A DNA stretch of 64,000 nt, from positions 7,750,001 through 7,814,000 of the forward strand of contig CM060733.1 of assembly GCA_030704615.1 (NCBI GenBank), given 5' to 3'. Below are positions 44,641 to 56,300 of the stretch, piece after piece. The first letter of the stretch is position 1, and each line of letters begins with the position of its first letter. The position numbers were made by a program, and so were the translations under genes. Below the pieces are notes generated by a model that was given only the letters and a program-made list of their open reading frames with translations, was not told where the DNA came from and did not search any database. Origin of the DNA: Takakia lepidozioides. Lineage: Eukaryota; Plantae; Bryophyta.

Positions 44641-45736
44641 CTGAGCTGCTGCTGCTTAGTCACTCCTCCCCTCCACCTGTTTTTTTTGGTTTTTTCCCTC
44701 ATCACTCCCTCTCTCTCCACATCCTGATGGAACAGAGGAAGAGATGCGGGAAAAGAGGGAGAGAGAGGACAGAAGGAGAGAGCGAAGGAGAGAGAGGGAC
44801 TGTTGAGGGGAAAACAAGAAAAACAAAAGGTGGGGCGGTGGGGGAGTGACTGAGCAGCAGCGGCAGCTGCTCAGTCACCCCCCCCCCCCCCCCACACACA
44901 TTTTTTTTTTTTTCCCCTCAACAGTCCCTCTCTCTCCCTCTCTCTCCACATCTTCATGGGACAGGGGGAGAGAGAGGGACAGAGCTGCTGCTGCTCAGTC
45001 CCCCCCCCTCCCCCCCATTTTTATTTTTATTTATTTTTTCCCCTCATTATTCCCTCTCTCTCCCTCTCCGCCTCTCTCTCCACATCGTGATGGGACAGAG
45101 GGAGAGAGAGAGGGAGATAGGGACAAAGGGACAAAGGGAGAGAAGGAGAGAGAGGGACTGTTGAGGGGGGGAAATAAAATAAAATAAAATAAAATGTGGG
45201 GGGGGCAGCTGCTCCAGTCACTTCCCCACCCCCCCCCACCATTTTTTGTTTTTTTCCCCCTCAGCAGTCCCTCTCTCTCCACATCCTGATGGGACAGAGG
45301 GAGACAGAGGGAGAGATGAGGGAAAAGAGGAGAGAGGGAGAGAGTGGGAGAGATGAGGGAAGAAAATTTTTAAAAAAAGGTTGGGAGGGGGAGTGACTGA
45401 GCAGCTGCTGCTGCTCAGTCACTTCCCCCCACCTTTTCGTTTTGTGTTTTTGGAATGGTGGGGGGTGCTGAGAGCAGCTTGCTGCTGCTGGTCTTAGCCC
45501 CCCCCCCCCCCGGTCTTTCATTTTTTGGTTTTGGCAATGGTGGGGGGCTGACAGCAACAGCAAGTGCTGGTGCTCTCAGCACCCCCCCACCCCCCTCTTT
45601 TCTTTTTTTGCTTATCAGCAGAGAGAGAAAGGGGGAGATGGAGAAGGACATAAAGATAGAGGGAGAGGGAGGGAGGGGAAGGGGGAGGATCAGGCCTTGC
45701 CATGTTTTTGGCATGTGAAATCACACGGTAGTAGTG
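44640..45736 (-). mobile_element. CACTA (CMC-EnSpm) element end: TIR plus subterminal repeat array
   Basis: The reverse complement of 45711-45736 is CACTACTACCGTGTGATTTCACATGC; upstream lie repeated GTGACTGAGCAGC..GCTGCTCAGTCAC palindromes with G/C runs and GA tracts. Confidence 0.75.
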
Positions 45737-46479
45737 TTGTGGGCGCAGGGATAAGCTAGTAGTATGGCGAAGGACAAGGAGAAGGCGCCGCCGAAGGAGC
45801 AAAAATCGCCTGACAACGCTCTCGTCATTGACGGCCGTGTGACACGGTCTACTTGGTCCAAACTCACCAGCCCTATAGGCGGCTATGTGAGAGGACCAAG
45901 CCGTAAGGCCGTCGAGGCCTCCACACCCTCGAAAGAGGTTGGGGATGAGCCTAAACTTGAGGGTGGTGCACCCAATGTTCAGGCTGACGAACTCTAAAGT
46001 AAAGCCATGCTATTCGAAGTATCTATGTGTAGAGTGAACGTGAGATGGAGAGAATGTGCATTTTGAGAGAACGTGAGATGGTGAGAATGTGTATCATCTC
46101 AGGATAGTTCTTGTTTGCCTTAACTACCATTTGCTTTACGACTGCAGTTTTTTCGACTAAGATCTTTCATGCCAAAGAGACTGTAAGTTGAGCTTAATCT
46201 ATAGGATTGAGCAGCTTGCAGGGAGATCAATTCATACGATGTTCATGGTTTAGCTATCCTTAAAATGATTACTTCGTAATCATTTCTGAAAGCATACCGT
46301 CGGACAACCTCTGTTGTATGTCTTAGGAAATGGGCAGTAGTGCTGATAGCTTGTTTTGTCTAGGTCATAAACCAGCGGTTAACATCCCCACCCACAAATA
46401 CTTACACAAATTTTTTGACGTGAAAGTGACAATGCAACGCATACCAAATGTGCAATTTCACATGCATGCATAGGGATAT

Positions 46480-48560
46480 TGACGGTGCTTTTGTGGAATA
46501 TGTACCACCCAATATGGCAACTCGTAGAAGATTGAAAGTTGCTTCATGCTGGGCACGTCCACTTCACCGTCCGTGCCCGCATGGGCCTTCTTCCATCGAT
46601 CCTCCCAAAATTGCCTGGATGGTGTCATGGGGGGGGGGGACATACTTCCTCTTTGTCATCAAACAAGTGTTTCTCTCTTCTTCTCCATCGATGACACATA
46701 GGAAGAAACTTGCGGTAGTTGGGATACACCATCTTGTGAAGATGGCGGGAGCTATGTGCATCAAGATAATCGCCACAATGCAAGCATGTATGGTACCCTT
46801 TGGTACTTAACCCCGAGCAAACAATTAGTCTTGTACTATACATCCTACCACATTAGCAAAGACAAAAAGTTGTCATGTGCATGGCTAATAATGCCATCTA
46901 CCCCACTACGGTGCACAAGACTGTCGCCGCTACTTCAATCAATCCCAATCCTCATCCATATTATCCGGCATTGACAAGTGAATGTACGCGGGTTGTTCAT
47001 GGGGAACATAATATACCTGGATAATCATGCATTGTCCAAAGCAAGATGTCTCTCATCTGAAAAGATTGTCCGGCCATAGGGTCAAGTGAAACATCCAATG
47101 CCGGGACCCCCCTCCATAGCTCCTTAAGTTCATCAACAAGAGGTCGCAAGGACGTGTCAATGTTTGCCACTTGTTTTTTTCCCTATGAGACATTCACATC
47201 ATTGTTTCAATGCTCCACCAATATGCAAATCATACTACAAAATGAATTACACGTCTTACTCCATGATTATGTCAATGATCAATCTTGCATCCGAATTGCG
47301 TCAGAGATCATAAGTTTAATGTAAAATCCAAGGCAATAATAAACATGAAATGAGAAAACTTACCTGGCACAATGACTGCCAATATGATATGGCCTTTTTT
47401 AATTGAAAGATACGGAGGGATGTTGTAATTCACCATGGTCACCGGCCAAGTGGAATGACTACATGATTAGACAGAGAATGGGTTGACCCCATCCGAGGAG
47501 AAGCCGAGGTGGATATGTCGTGGGTCCTCCAAGAGAAAAGGCCACATCTCTTCAATATACCTCCATACTTGTGAATCTTGTGGCCCGCACACCTTTCCCG
47601 GGGGGCTCCGATGCGAGGCGTGCCATCTCATGAGTCTGGCCAAATCGGAGCTACTACGGAGAGGATTCGCGTCTCACCAAGTGCCCAAAGTGCAAGAAAG
47701 ACCGATATCGGAATGATGTCCAAGGGAAAAAAGTACCACGCAAGGTATAATCGCCATTCCCCTCGCATAGAAATTACTTTCTTTAATCTTCTCAATGCAT
47801 GTAAAGTGTATTCCACAAAGTTTAGGTTTTAGAGAGTAATACTCATGTAAGATCTGATTGTGTTTTGGAAGGAGTGAGTGAGGAGTGGAAGGAGCGACGT
47901 TCAGTTTTGACCATTCACGCCCAAATGAGGGAGAGGCTGCTGCATAAATGGAAAGACATAAGGGTGTTGTATTATGTGTGCTAATGGGATGATTACATCT
48001 GGGGGACGTGGGGTATTTCATCCTAGAAAATACATTACTTTCCGATCATCCCGCGATTGAGGGCACAGTACCGGGTTTTATCACATGGACATGCATGAAA
48101 AATCTTATAGCCCATCCCCACAGAGTCCAAGACTTCGCGCGCCTCTTTCCGCGACCGTGGCATCTTGGGTTTCAAGTGTGGAGCAAGGATATAGTCTGCA
48201 ATAGTTCGCATTATGGCAGACATCCCAACATTACTTATGCCAAATCAAATTTGAAGATTGAGCAAAAGCAAGATTGTTGAAAGTCGACTCACTTTCACCT
48301 CTTCGTACAAGGGAGTTCTCGCCTCCCTCTCCATGTCATTTGAGGGGGCCATTTCAGGATCATCGATTGGCCGGGTTCCCTCTCCATGGGGTGCATCAGT
48401 GCCCACATGATGCATTAAGATATCTTCATGGCTTGCACATCCTCCTGGTTAATTCCATGCTCATTGTTGTTGTCACTGTCACTGTCACTGTCATCATCGT
48501 CCGGTACCGTGGGGGCGGAGTTTTGCCCACGGCTCCCGCCTGATGTACTTGGGTTGTTTT
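46480..48560 (-). pseudogene. CACTA/EnSpm transposase (Transposase_21/TnpD) pseudogene with introns
   Basis: RTPLYE..LLLLNL, GMGYKIFHACPCD, LMRWHA, PRHIHLGFSSDG, STWPVTMVNYNIPP, LRPLVDELKELW, WTMHDYPG, KGYHTCLHC, YRKFLP..HRWR; frameshifts and stops. Confidence 0.9.
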
Positions 48561-49609
48561 CGGATGGGGTGCCAAGAGAAAGGACCGGGAAGGGATGGAC
48601 AAAGTCCTAATACGAACAAATGAACATAGAGACATATATTATAATGTGTCCTTGCAACCATACAACTTATTATAAGCGAAATGCAAACAACAACCTTCAA
48701 TGTGTGCGTGCATCAAATATGTCATTCAATAATTACATGTATGTGCGCAACGTCACGCTTGCAAAGTTTCAAACCCAAACAAAATCATTTGCCCTCCCAA
48801 AGACACGTTCACCCTATCAACCAATTTTTGTTTATTAATGTGAAATCCTCTCATGCCATTGCACCCATCAAACGGATGTGGCTCAAGCTTCATTTTTTCC
48901 TATATGTGCTTGAAGGTATGTGCAACACCTGTACAAAGATCCATAAATAAATAAATAAATAAAGTGCCTCCCCAACGACGCACTCACCCTTGAACCAATT
49001 TTGAATTAAATCGAATTTAAATGATTTAAAAAGAAATATTTGCATTTAGAAAATATATTATTGCGGTTTTGAGGAGCGTAATGATTTTATTTTTGGCTCT
49101 ATTTTGTTCTGTGGCATCGGGCTTTGCACCACTGCATCCATGCAAAACATTGAACAAAAAAAAGATGGAAAAAAAAATAGTGTGTTTCTAGGGTTACTTT
49201 TGCAGAACTCTCTATGAAGAGTGCTTGAAGTTGAAGATAACTCAACTTTGGAGTGCAAATGAGAGAACAAAATATGGTTCTGGGTCCAAATGACTTTTGT
49301 TTACTCCCAAATTTTGCACGCACATTGCATATGCTATCATTAATATATGGCTTGAAAATAGAAAATAAAAATAAAAAATCATGTACATACGAAACGCGTC
49401 TCTACGACACGTAGCTGCATTCAACACTAGAATGACCCATTGAATCAACTTGGTTCAAGCTCATATTTGGTCCACATACGCATAAGTATGTTAGATCACA
49501 TATATAAAGTTGCAACCCACATGAGCAACAAGAAAAATATTTACATCAATCGATTAATTGGATGTATACAAAGTACATCATGAGAATATCTACAATGCCC
49601 CTCTACGCG

Positions 49610-50178
49610 ATCCCTGTCTCAAAAGGAACCCTATTTCTATCATACACATCCCACTCACGTTGTAATCGGAGGTCCCAATCATCCCGGGAGAACTCGTATG
49701 ATCCAAATAGCTAGCTGCAAGCCCTAATAGTCCTACTAGCACATGTCATCACAAACATGTGCATCCCCTCACAATATACCGACGTATGACCACAAAAGCT
49801 CTCATGCCCATCGCTTCGCTCGTCCCATGCTACATTGGTTCTCCTAGGATGACCAAAAGAACTGTTGACCAGCCCAGCAACATTGCCGAAGATATCGGGG
49901 TCACCAACACAAAATCTGATCTCAATGGGAGACAACCCCCGTCTACGTACATCCTGTCCGTTGACACAAAAAATGTAGGGTAGGATGTATGGGGCTTCGA
50001 GGCGTAATGTACGGAACTCCGCGGAGGTGTAGTATGGACCGTAGTAGGAAAACAAGTCCACCATGTTGTTTCTCCGAGGAGGAACCACAATATCATTGAC
50101 CGTGAATAAACCCCGACCCATAAGGGGGTCTGTAGCGGATTTCACAACATACCGTCTCCCCCAATACTCAAACTCCAC
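49610..50178 (-). pseudogene. SET-domain protein (divergent), with one premature stop at 49711-49713
   Basis: MGRGLFTVNDI, LFSYYGPY, YIF, GNVAGLVNSS..NV, ASRTIRACS*LFGSY follow SET motif order (GxG, YxG, NxxxxxNHS, ELxxxY). Confidence 0.7.
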
Positions 50179-51390
50179 ATTCTCTCGGATAAGGGTGGGA
50201 GGGTCGAGATGATTCCCCCAACAACGAGGCTGGACGGAAATCCGTCGCGGGAGGCGACGTGTTTTTTTTTATTTATGGGGCCGGGGGTCACAAGCAGCGA
50301 CGGCCCGCCGTCGCGAATACCATTTGTACATTTCAAAAAAAAAGCGGGGCGCAAGCGTGTGATGGTCGGGCGTCGCACGTAGGTGCCGCGTTTTTTTTTT
50401 TTTTTCCTAAGTACTTGAAGCACCTCCTCCCCCTCCCGTTTTTGTTTGTTTTTTGGGAGAGAGGTAGTTCAGAGAGTGGGGTTTAGGGTGGAGGAGAAAC
50501 GCACCTGCTGCTGAGCCCGAGGTGGTCGCAAGGCCCCAAGGTGTTAGCCCCAATGCTGCTCCAACACCCAAGGTAAGCACCGCCTTGTCCCTCACTTTCT
50601 CTCTTGCTTTCTTGCCCTAAGCACGGGCTGATCTCTCTCTCCCCTGTGTGGTAGAAACGCCGCGCAGAGGCGGGATGTAAACGAGCTGAAGAGAGAGAGA
50701 GCCATGGTGAGCGGGGGAGAGATGCCTTGCAGCGGCGGGGACCCGCGCCGTTGGCAGCCGCGACAACACTGCAGCAGCTCGCTTGAAGCACCAGCAGCCG
50801 CAGCAGCAGAGGTAGGTGAGGGTGGGGAGATCGAAAGTCTGTCTTGTCATGTGGGATCAAGGGAAAGATGTCGAGAGTTGTCCATAACTTGTATGTCACA
50901 TCAAAAGTGAGAGAGAGAGAGGGAGAGAGAGGAAGAGATGACGAAACAAAACAAGAAAAAAAGAGGTTGGGGGGGGGAGTTACTTAGCAGAAGGGGTTGG
51001 GCTTTTGGCTCACCCTCGAGACTTTCAAAGTTGGTAAACAGAGGTACGTGCACAATTCCCTTGATAGATTTGAAGAGAGCGTCTCTTTGGTGAGAGAACC
51101 CCAGACATCAGAAAATGAATATTGTCTTCAAGTTGCCCACAGAACGGGCAATTGCACTCTCTCTTTCCTCTCTACTTCTGTTTACTATTCAAATGGTAGG
51201 ATTCCTGCCTTGAGTTTAAATTTCAGTCTGGTGCCAAGAGTGGGAGAGACCCTTGAGCGCATCCATGATGTCATCCCCCATGTCACAAACTAGAAACAGG
51301 TTCAGGGAAGTTTTTTTCCTAACTTCATTTTCATCGGACAATTTTCTGGTAACAGACATGGCTTTGGACACTACACTCTCTAAGTCAGAT

Positions 51391-53170
51391 TTATCCAAAC
51401 ACTTCAAACTCAAACTCGTGCAAGATTATTAACCACCTTGCTATCCTTCCACTTATCAAAGGTTTGTTCACCAAATATATCAGAGCCTGGTGATCCACAT
51501 AAAACATAAACTTTCTTCCCAATAGGTAATGCCTGAATTTCTTGACTGCATAAATCATTGTCAGTGCTTCTCTTTCAGTTGTGCTATAGTTCCTTTCAGC
51601 ACTGTTCATCAACCTGCTAGCATAGTACACAGGTGAATCTATATTTCTTGTAACATTTTGGGCTAATACTGCTCCCAACGCTTCTCCTGAGGCATCACAG
51701 TGAACATGAAATACTACATGCTAGTGAGGGTTAATCAGTACAGGTGTAGTTGTTACTGACAATGTAAGTTCCTCAAAAGCCGGTTGACATTCAGCTGTCC
51801 ATGCAAACACTGCATATTTCTTTAGAAGCTTGCTCAATGGTGCTGCTATCTGTGCATACCGTCTGACAAATCTTCTGTAATAACTGGTTTGTCCAAGGAA
51901 TCTCCTTAGACTCTTAACATTTACTGGTGGTGGAGAGGCTTTAATGGCCTCTATCTTTCTGGGATCCACAAGAAGTCCCCTCTTACACACAATGTGTCCC
52001 AAAAGCACCCCTGAGTTCACACAGAAAGTATACTTCTCTGGATTCAGGCCCAGACCTCTCATCCTGCATCTGGCCAAACATAACTCCAATTTATGTAAGT
52101 GCTCATTCTTAGAGCTGTACACACTGAAATCATCCAAGAACACCTGCATGAAATCATCCAGATACTCATGAAAAGATTCACTTATCACTCTCTGAAAGGT
52201 TGCTGGTGCATTACAAAGTCCAAAAGGCATGACTTTGTATGCATAAGCACCCCAGTCTGTGATGAAAGCTATCTTTCCCTGGTCTTCTTCTGCCACTTGC
52301 ACTTGATTATAACCACTGAAGCCATCCATGAATGAATACATCTCATGGCCTGCCACAGTGTCCAATACCGCTTCTGTGAATGGCAAAGAGAAAGGATCTT
52401 TCTTCGTGCAAGCATTCAACTTCTTATAGTTCACACAAACTCTCAATTTACCATTCTTCTTGGGGACTATCACAATGGGTGACAACCAAGTTGTATATTC
52501 TATCGGGTATATAAACTTAGCCTCAGCCAACTTCTTGATCTCTTCTCCAACCTTCTGTGCATAGTTGGGATTCATTTTGTACCTTGCCTGTTTGATTGGT
52601 ACTGACCCTGGTTCCAGTTCAATCTTATGCTGACGATCTTAGGTGGTATCTCTTTTAGATCCTCGTAGCTCCAAGCAAATACATCTCTGTATTTGATGAA
52701 CAAACTCTTAGCTTCCTCAAAGAATTCTGGCTCCAAATCAGCCCCTACCTTCACCATCCTCAGTTCCTCTTCAGTTCCCACATTCACTTCTCTCACCTGC
52801 TCATCAGCTGTGATTGTCCAACCAGTCACCACTTCATCCTGTAAACTCACAATGGCTGGTTTCTCTAGGATTTCCATTTCTCCCTCTCTTTCTTCATAGA
52901 AATGTGGTGGGTAACTGCTTGTTTCACCCTCACTGGGTGTGCAACGAACAGGGTAGCTTCATGCTCCTCATCAAGTCCTCCCCTCCAGTCATACTCCTTG
53001 ACCCCTCGAGGTCTTCTCATAGCAGGTAATCTACTAGATTTCTTAGTGGTGATTTGTATCTTGTGCATCCTATCATGCACAGTTAGTCACTGGGAATTCC
53101 AGTCATGAAATACCTAGCCTGTTTCAGCCACGGTCGACCCAACAATAAGGAGGTGAAGACTTGCGGGTCC
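51391..53170 (-). mobile_element. Ty3/gypsy (non-chromovirus-like) pol fragment: protease end, RT and RNase H
   Basis: LLLGRPWL, DVFAWSY, WLSPIVIVPKKNGKLRVCV, FMDGFSGYNQ, MPFGLCNAPATFQR, FLDDF, CDASG..GAVL, NYSTTEREAL, DHQAL; frameshifts; no integrase seen. Confidence 0.93.
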
Positions 53171-53360
53171 AGATTCAGATCCTTGAGAATCTCTTCTATT
53201 GTCTTCTACCAGGGCTTAGCCTGTTTGACAGGGCGGTCCTGTTTCCAAGATATAGAGTCGATTGACTTAGGATATCTGGTGTTGGACATATGTTGCAGCT
53301 GAACCCACCAGCTGACCTTGAATTTATCTCGTCGGGAGCTTAAAAGAGAGCAACACAGAA

Positions 53361-56300
53361 GAGAGGGAAGATACTTTTTGTCATGTCAAGACAAAGACAA
53401 GACCCCTATGGTCGTTGTCATGAAAGAACAAATAGACATATCAGCCACTTAACAGTGGCACCATCCATCAATCATCAAGCTTAGAAAATGCAGAATTACA
53501 TCCATGCACAGTAATGTGTTCATGTCAGTATTATTCATAATCCAGAGAGTATGCCACTGATGCTGATTGACCACCAGTCAAGATCATGATACACTTACAG
53601 AGGTCTGGGTGGGATGGCGGGTACTTGGCCATATTTTGGCCTTGATGTGGTGCAGGTCAGATAATCATACAGATTTACTGTCTGCAAGCTGTAATCCAAG
53701 CATACTTACTAAAACCCCATGGGTGTCATGGAGGGTTTTCTTAAAAGAAATGAACACTTGGATATCACAGATTTAAATACCTTGCCTTGCTCGTATTTGT
53801 TTAGACTGGTGTGCAGTACAGCTTGCCCCCACAGGGGATGTGGATATGTCTCGTAAGTTTTCCAGAACACCCCTATACCTTTATTTCTTGCTATAGCTGA
53901 AAATCAAAGCTCATGACACAACAAGGTAAATATAAAGGACAACATACACAGCTTGTGACAGTATATGATATTGTCAGTACACCCTTCACATCATTCCACA
54001 TTTGACCATGTCATGACACCATGTCCAGGGGGTATTTCCACTTGACCACCCTGGTTGCCTCAAAAACCAGTTACCATCTATATTACTGCCATATTTCAGT
54101 GTCAGCCGAATAGCCACAGGCAGAAACTTCACCATACCCTGGCCTAAGCATCTAGCTAACAAAGCCATTTGGGTTGGAACATAACATGGCCTTTTACCAA
54201 CAGAGGTAGCCGAGTAGTTGCAGCAACCATTTCCTTGCATCCTCTCATTTTGTTTCCAACTACCATAAGGTAAGCAAAGCAAACTAGGGCCTGGAAATCA
54301 GATGTGTGTCTCTCACACACGCCATCATAAATCAGGCTGTCACCACATAACAGAGGTTTTCCACTGGCTGGGCCGAACTGACCCATCGTAGAAAGCATTA
54401 CACATGTTCTTCAAAAATCAAGTAAGGAAAGAGGTAGGATCAAGAAAAACCATAGAGTAGTTTAGTTTTTCAACATTTTAAGATGAGTCTTTGGCCAGCG
54501 ATTCCTTCCCCTGCTCTGCAATCTCATTTGGCATCCTGCAGCACCTAGACATCAGAATATTGAGTGGAAGCCCTCACCTGTGCCCGTCCCAAAAACAACC
54601 ACAACGCATTGTGAGTTAGTGAGGATGCAGGAGGTGAGTAACAGGCTTCCACACTTGCTATCGAGGTCAAATATACTTCAATCTAAGCGCTGAGGAAGCC
54701 AAAGAAAGCAGGGAAGCAAAACAAACAGAAAAAGAACCTTTTTTACTGTCTTGGGGGAGAGTCGTCATCTCTCCACAAGCCTAACTGTGTAGGGAGGACT
54801 CCGCCAACACCACAACACTGCTACCTTAACCAAAGCACAGTCTTGCCAAGCACAAGAAAAAAGAGCTTGGTCTCAAAAGGTAGGGAGAGAGACTTCATTG
54901 TTCTACCAAGACGCCGCCATTCATCAAAGATCCAAAGGAGGGCTCCTAGGGAAACGTCATAAGCATGCAGGTGGTACCTCCGCCATCACTGCCGCGGTCC
55001 CCTTGTGCAGCAAAAAAATAGAAAGCTGAGACAGTGAATCTTCCCTCATCTCTAAGCCACCGCCATCGCCTTAAAGAGCCCGCCCAGGCGGCGCTCACAG
55101 GAGCCATAAACACTCAAGGATTGATAGCTCAAGGTATCTATAGCACGAGCACCATTGCTCATCACAAGTCGCCATCGCGTGCGATCTCGCAGCGCAAAAA
55201 GAAAGACATTAGGGTTGCGCAAGGTTTTCCCCTGTCTGGCCCGTCATTCATCCTTCTCAGGATGAAAAACATCTGCCAGTCTGTCCGCCCGACGGATGTT
55301 GTCCGTTTCTCATTCGTGGATTATGAAAAACATCGTGCTTTCATCATGTCTTGCACTCAACGGATGTAGTCCGTATTTTATCTAGGTTAGATGAAAAATA
55401 TGGGGGGTTTTTATACCTGTCTTGCCCTGTATTTAGGTCGTGTCAAATGAAGTCATTTTTTCATCCAAGTTGGATTGAAAAAGTAGAAACACCGTGTCGG
55501 TGTTTGATACAGTCAATGGGCGGGTTTAGGGCCGGGTTAAAGATGGCTTTGTGCGCTTTTTGGGGATTGTCATGCAGTAATTGATTGAAGGAGGAAACAA
55601 TTCTTTTGTGATTGTTAGCAGCTTTTTGTTTGGTGATATTGTAAGCTTATTTTTTAGCATCTCTTCCAATTTTGGAGAGAGTAGCGATCCAGTCCGAAAT
55701 ACTATGAGGGTTATCAAGTGGGGGCATGAGTGGTTGGCATGTTGTTAAGGTATTTAGGCTTAGGATGCCAGGGTCCGTTTTCCAGTTATTTCTTGGGTGT
55801 ATGTGGGAAGTAGTGGGTATGATAGTAAGGGCGCGTCTAATTGTGTGATATGTGTTAAGATGTTGCTTCCAGGCACGTTTTTGTATACGAGTAAGGTAGC
55901 CCCTATTTTGTTTTGAAAGTGTAGTTTACATGGAATCTCAGTGGGGGCGGAGCAGGTGACGATGACGTTTTTGGTCATTTCTTCCATTAAAGTCCCGAGT
56001 GTTTTTTTGGAGGCCAGCCAGGTTTCATCAGGGGAATGCCTCAAGTTATCCTCTGTGAGTATGTCTGATAATTGAAGTGTTAGATGTGTGGATATAGGAT
56101 GGAAGTGTGTTAGAAAGGCGGATATGTTGCGTTGGGGGAGTGGAGATAAGATTCTAGATTGAGCGGGGGGGGCTTGTACTTGTGGAATGGGTCTGAAGGG
56201 AATGAGGGACGGTGGAAAGGCTATAGTGACAAGATAATGGTCCGAGTTGCATAAGCTGTTAATTTGAACATGGCTGGTAATGTATGCAGGAATCTCATTA

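Noticed and set aside
44613-45802. Many short overlapping ORFs
   Set aside because: Artefacts of low-complexity GA/CT and G/C-run repeats.
45764-45997. ORF MAKDKEKAPPKEQK
   Set aside because: Short, no recognisable domain, and lies between TE fragments.
53361-54400. Hammerhead ribozyme (Penelope/retrozyme hallmark) in the terminal segment
   Set aside because: No CTGANGA..GAAA core with suitable stems was found by eye.
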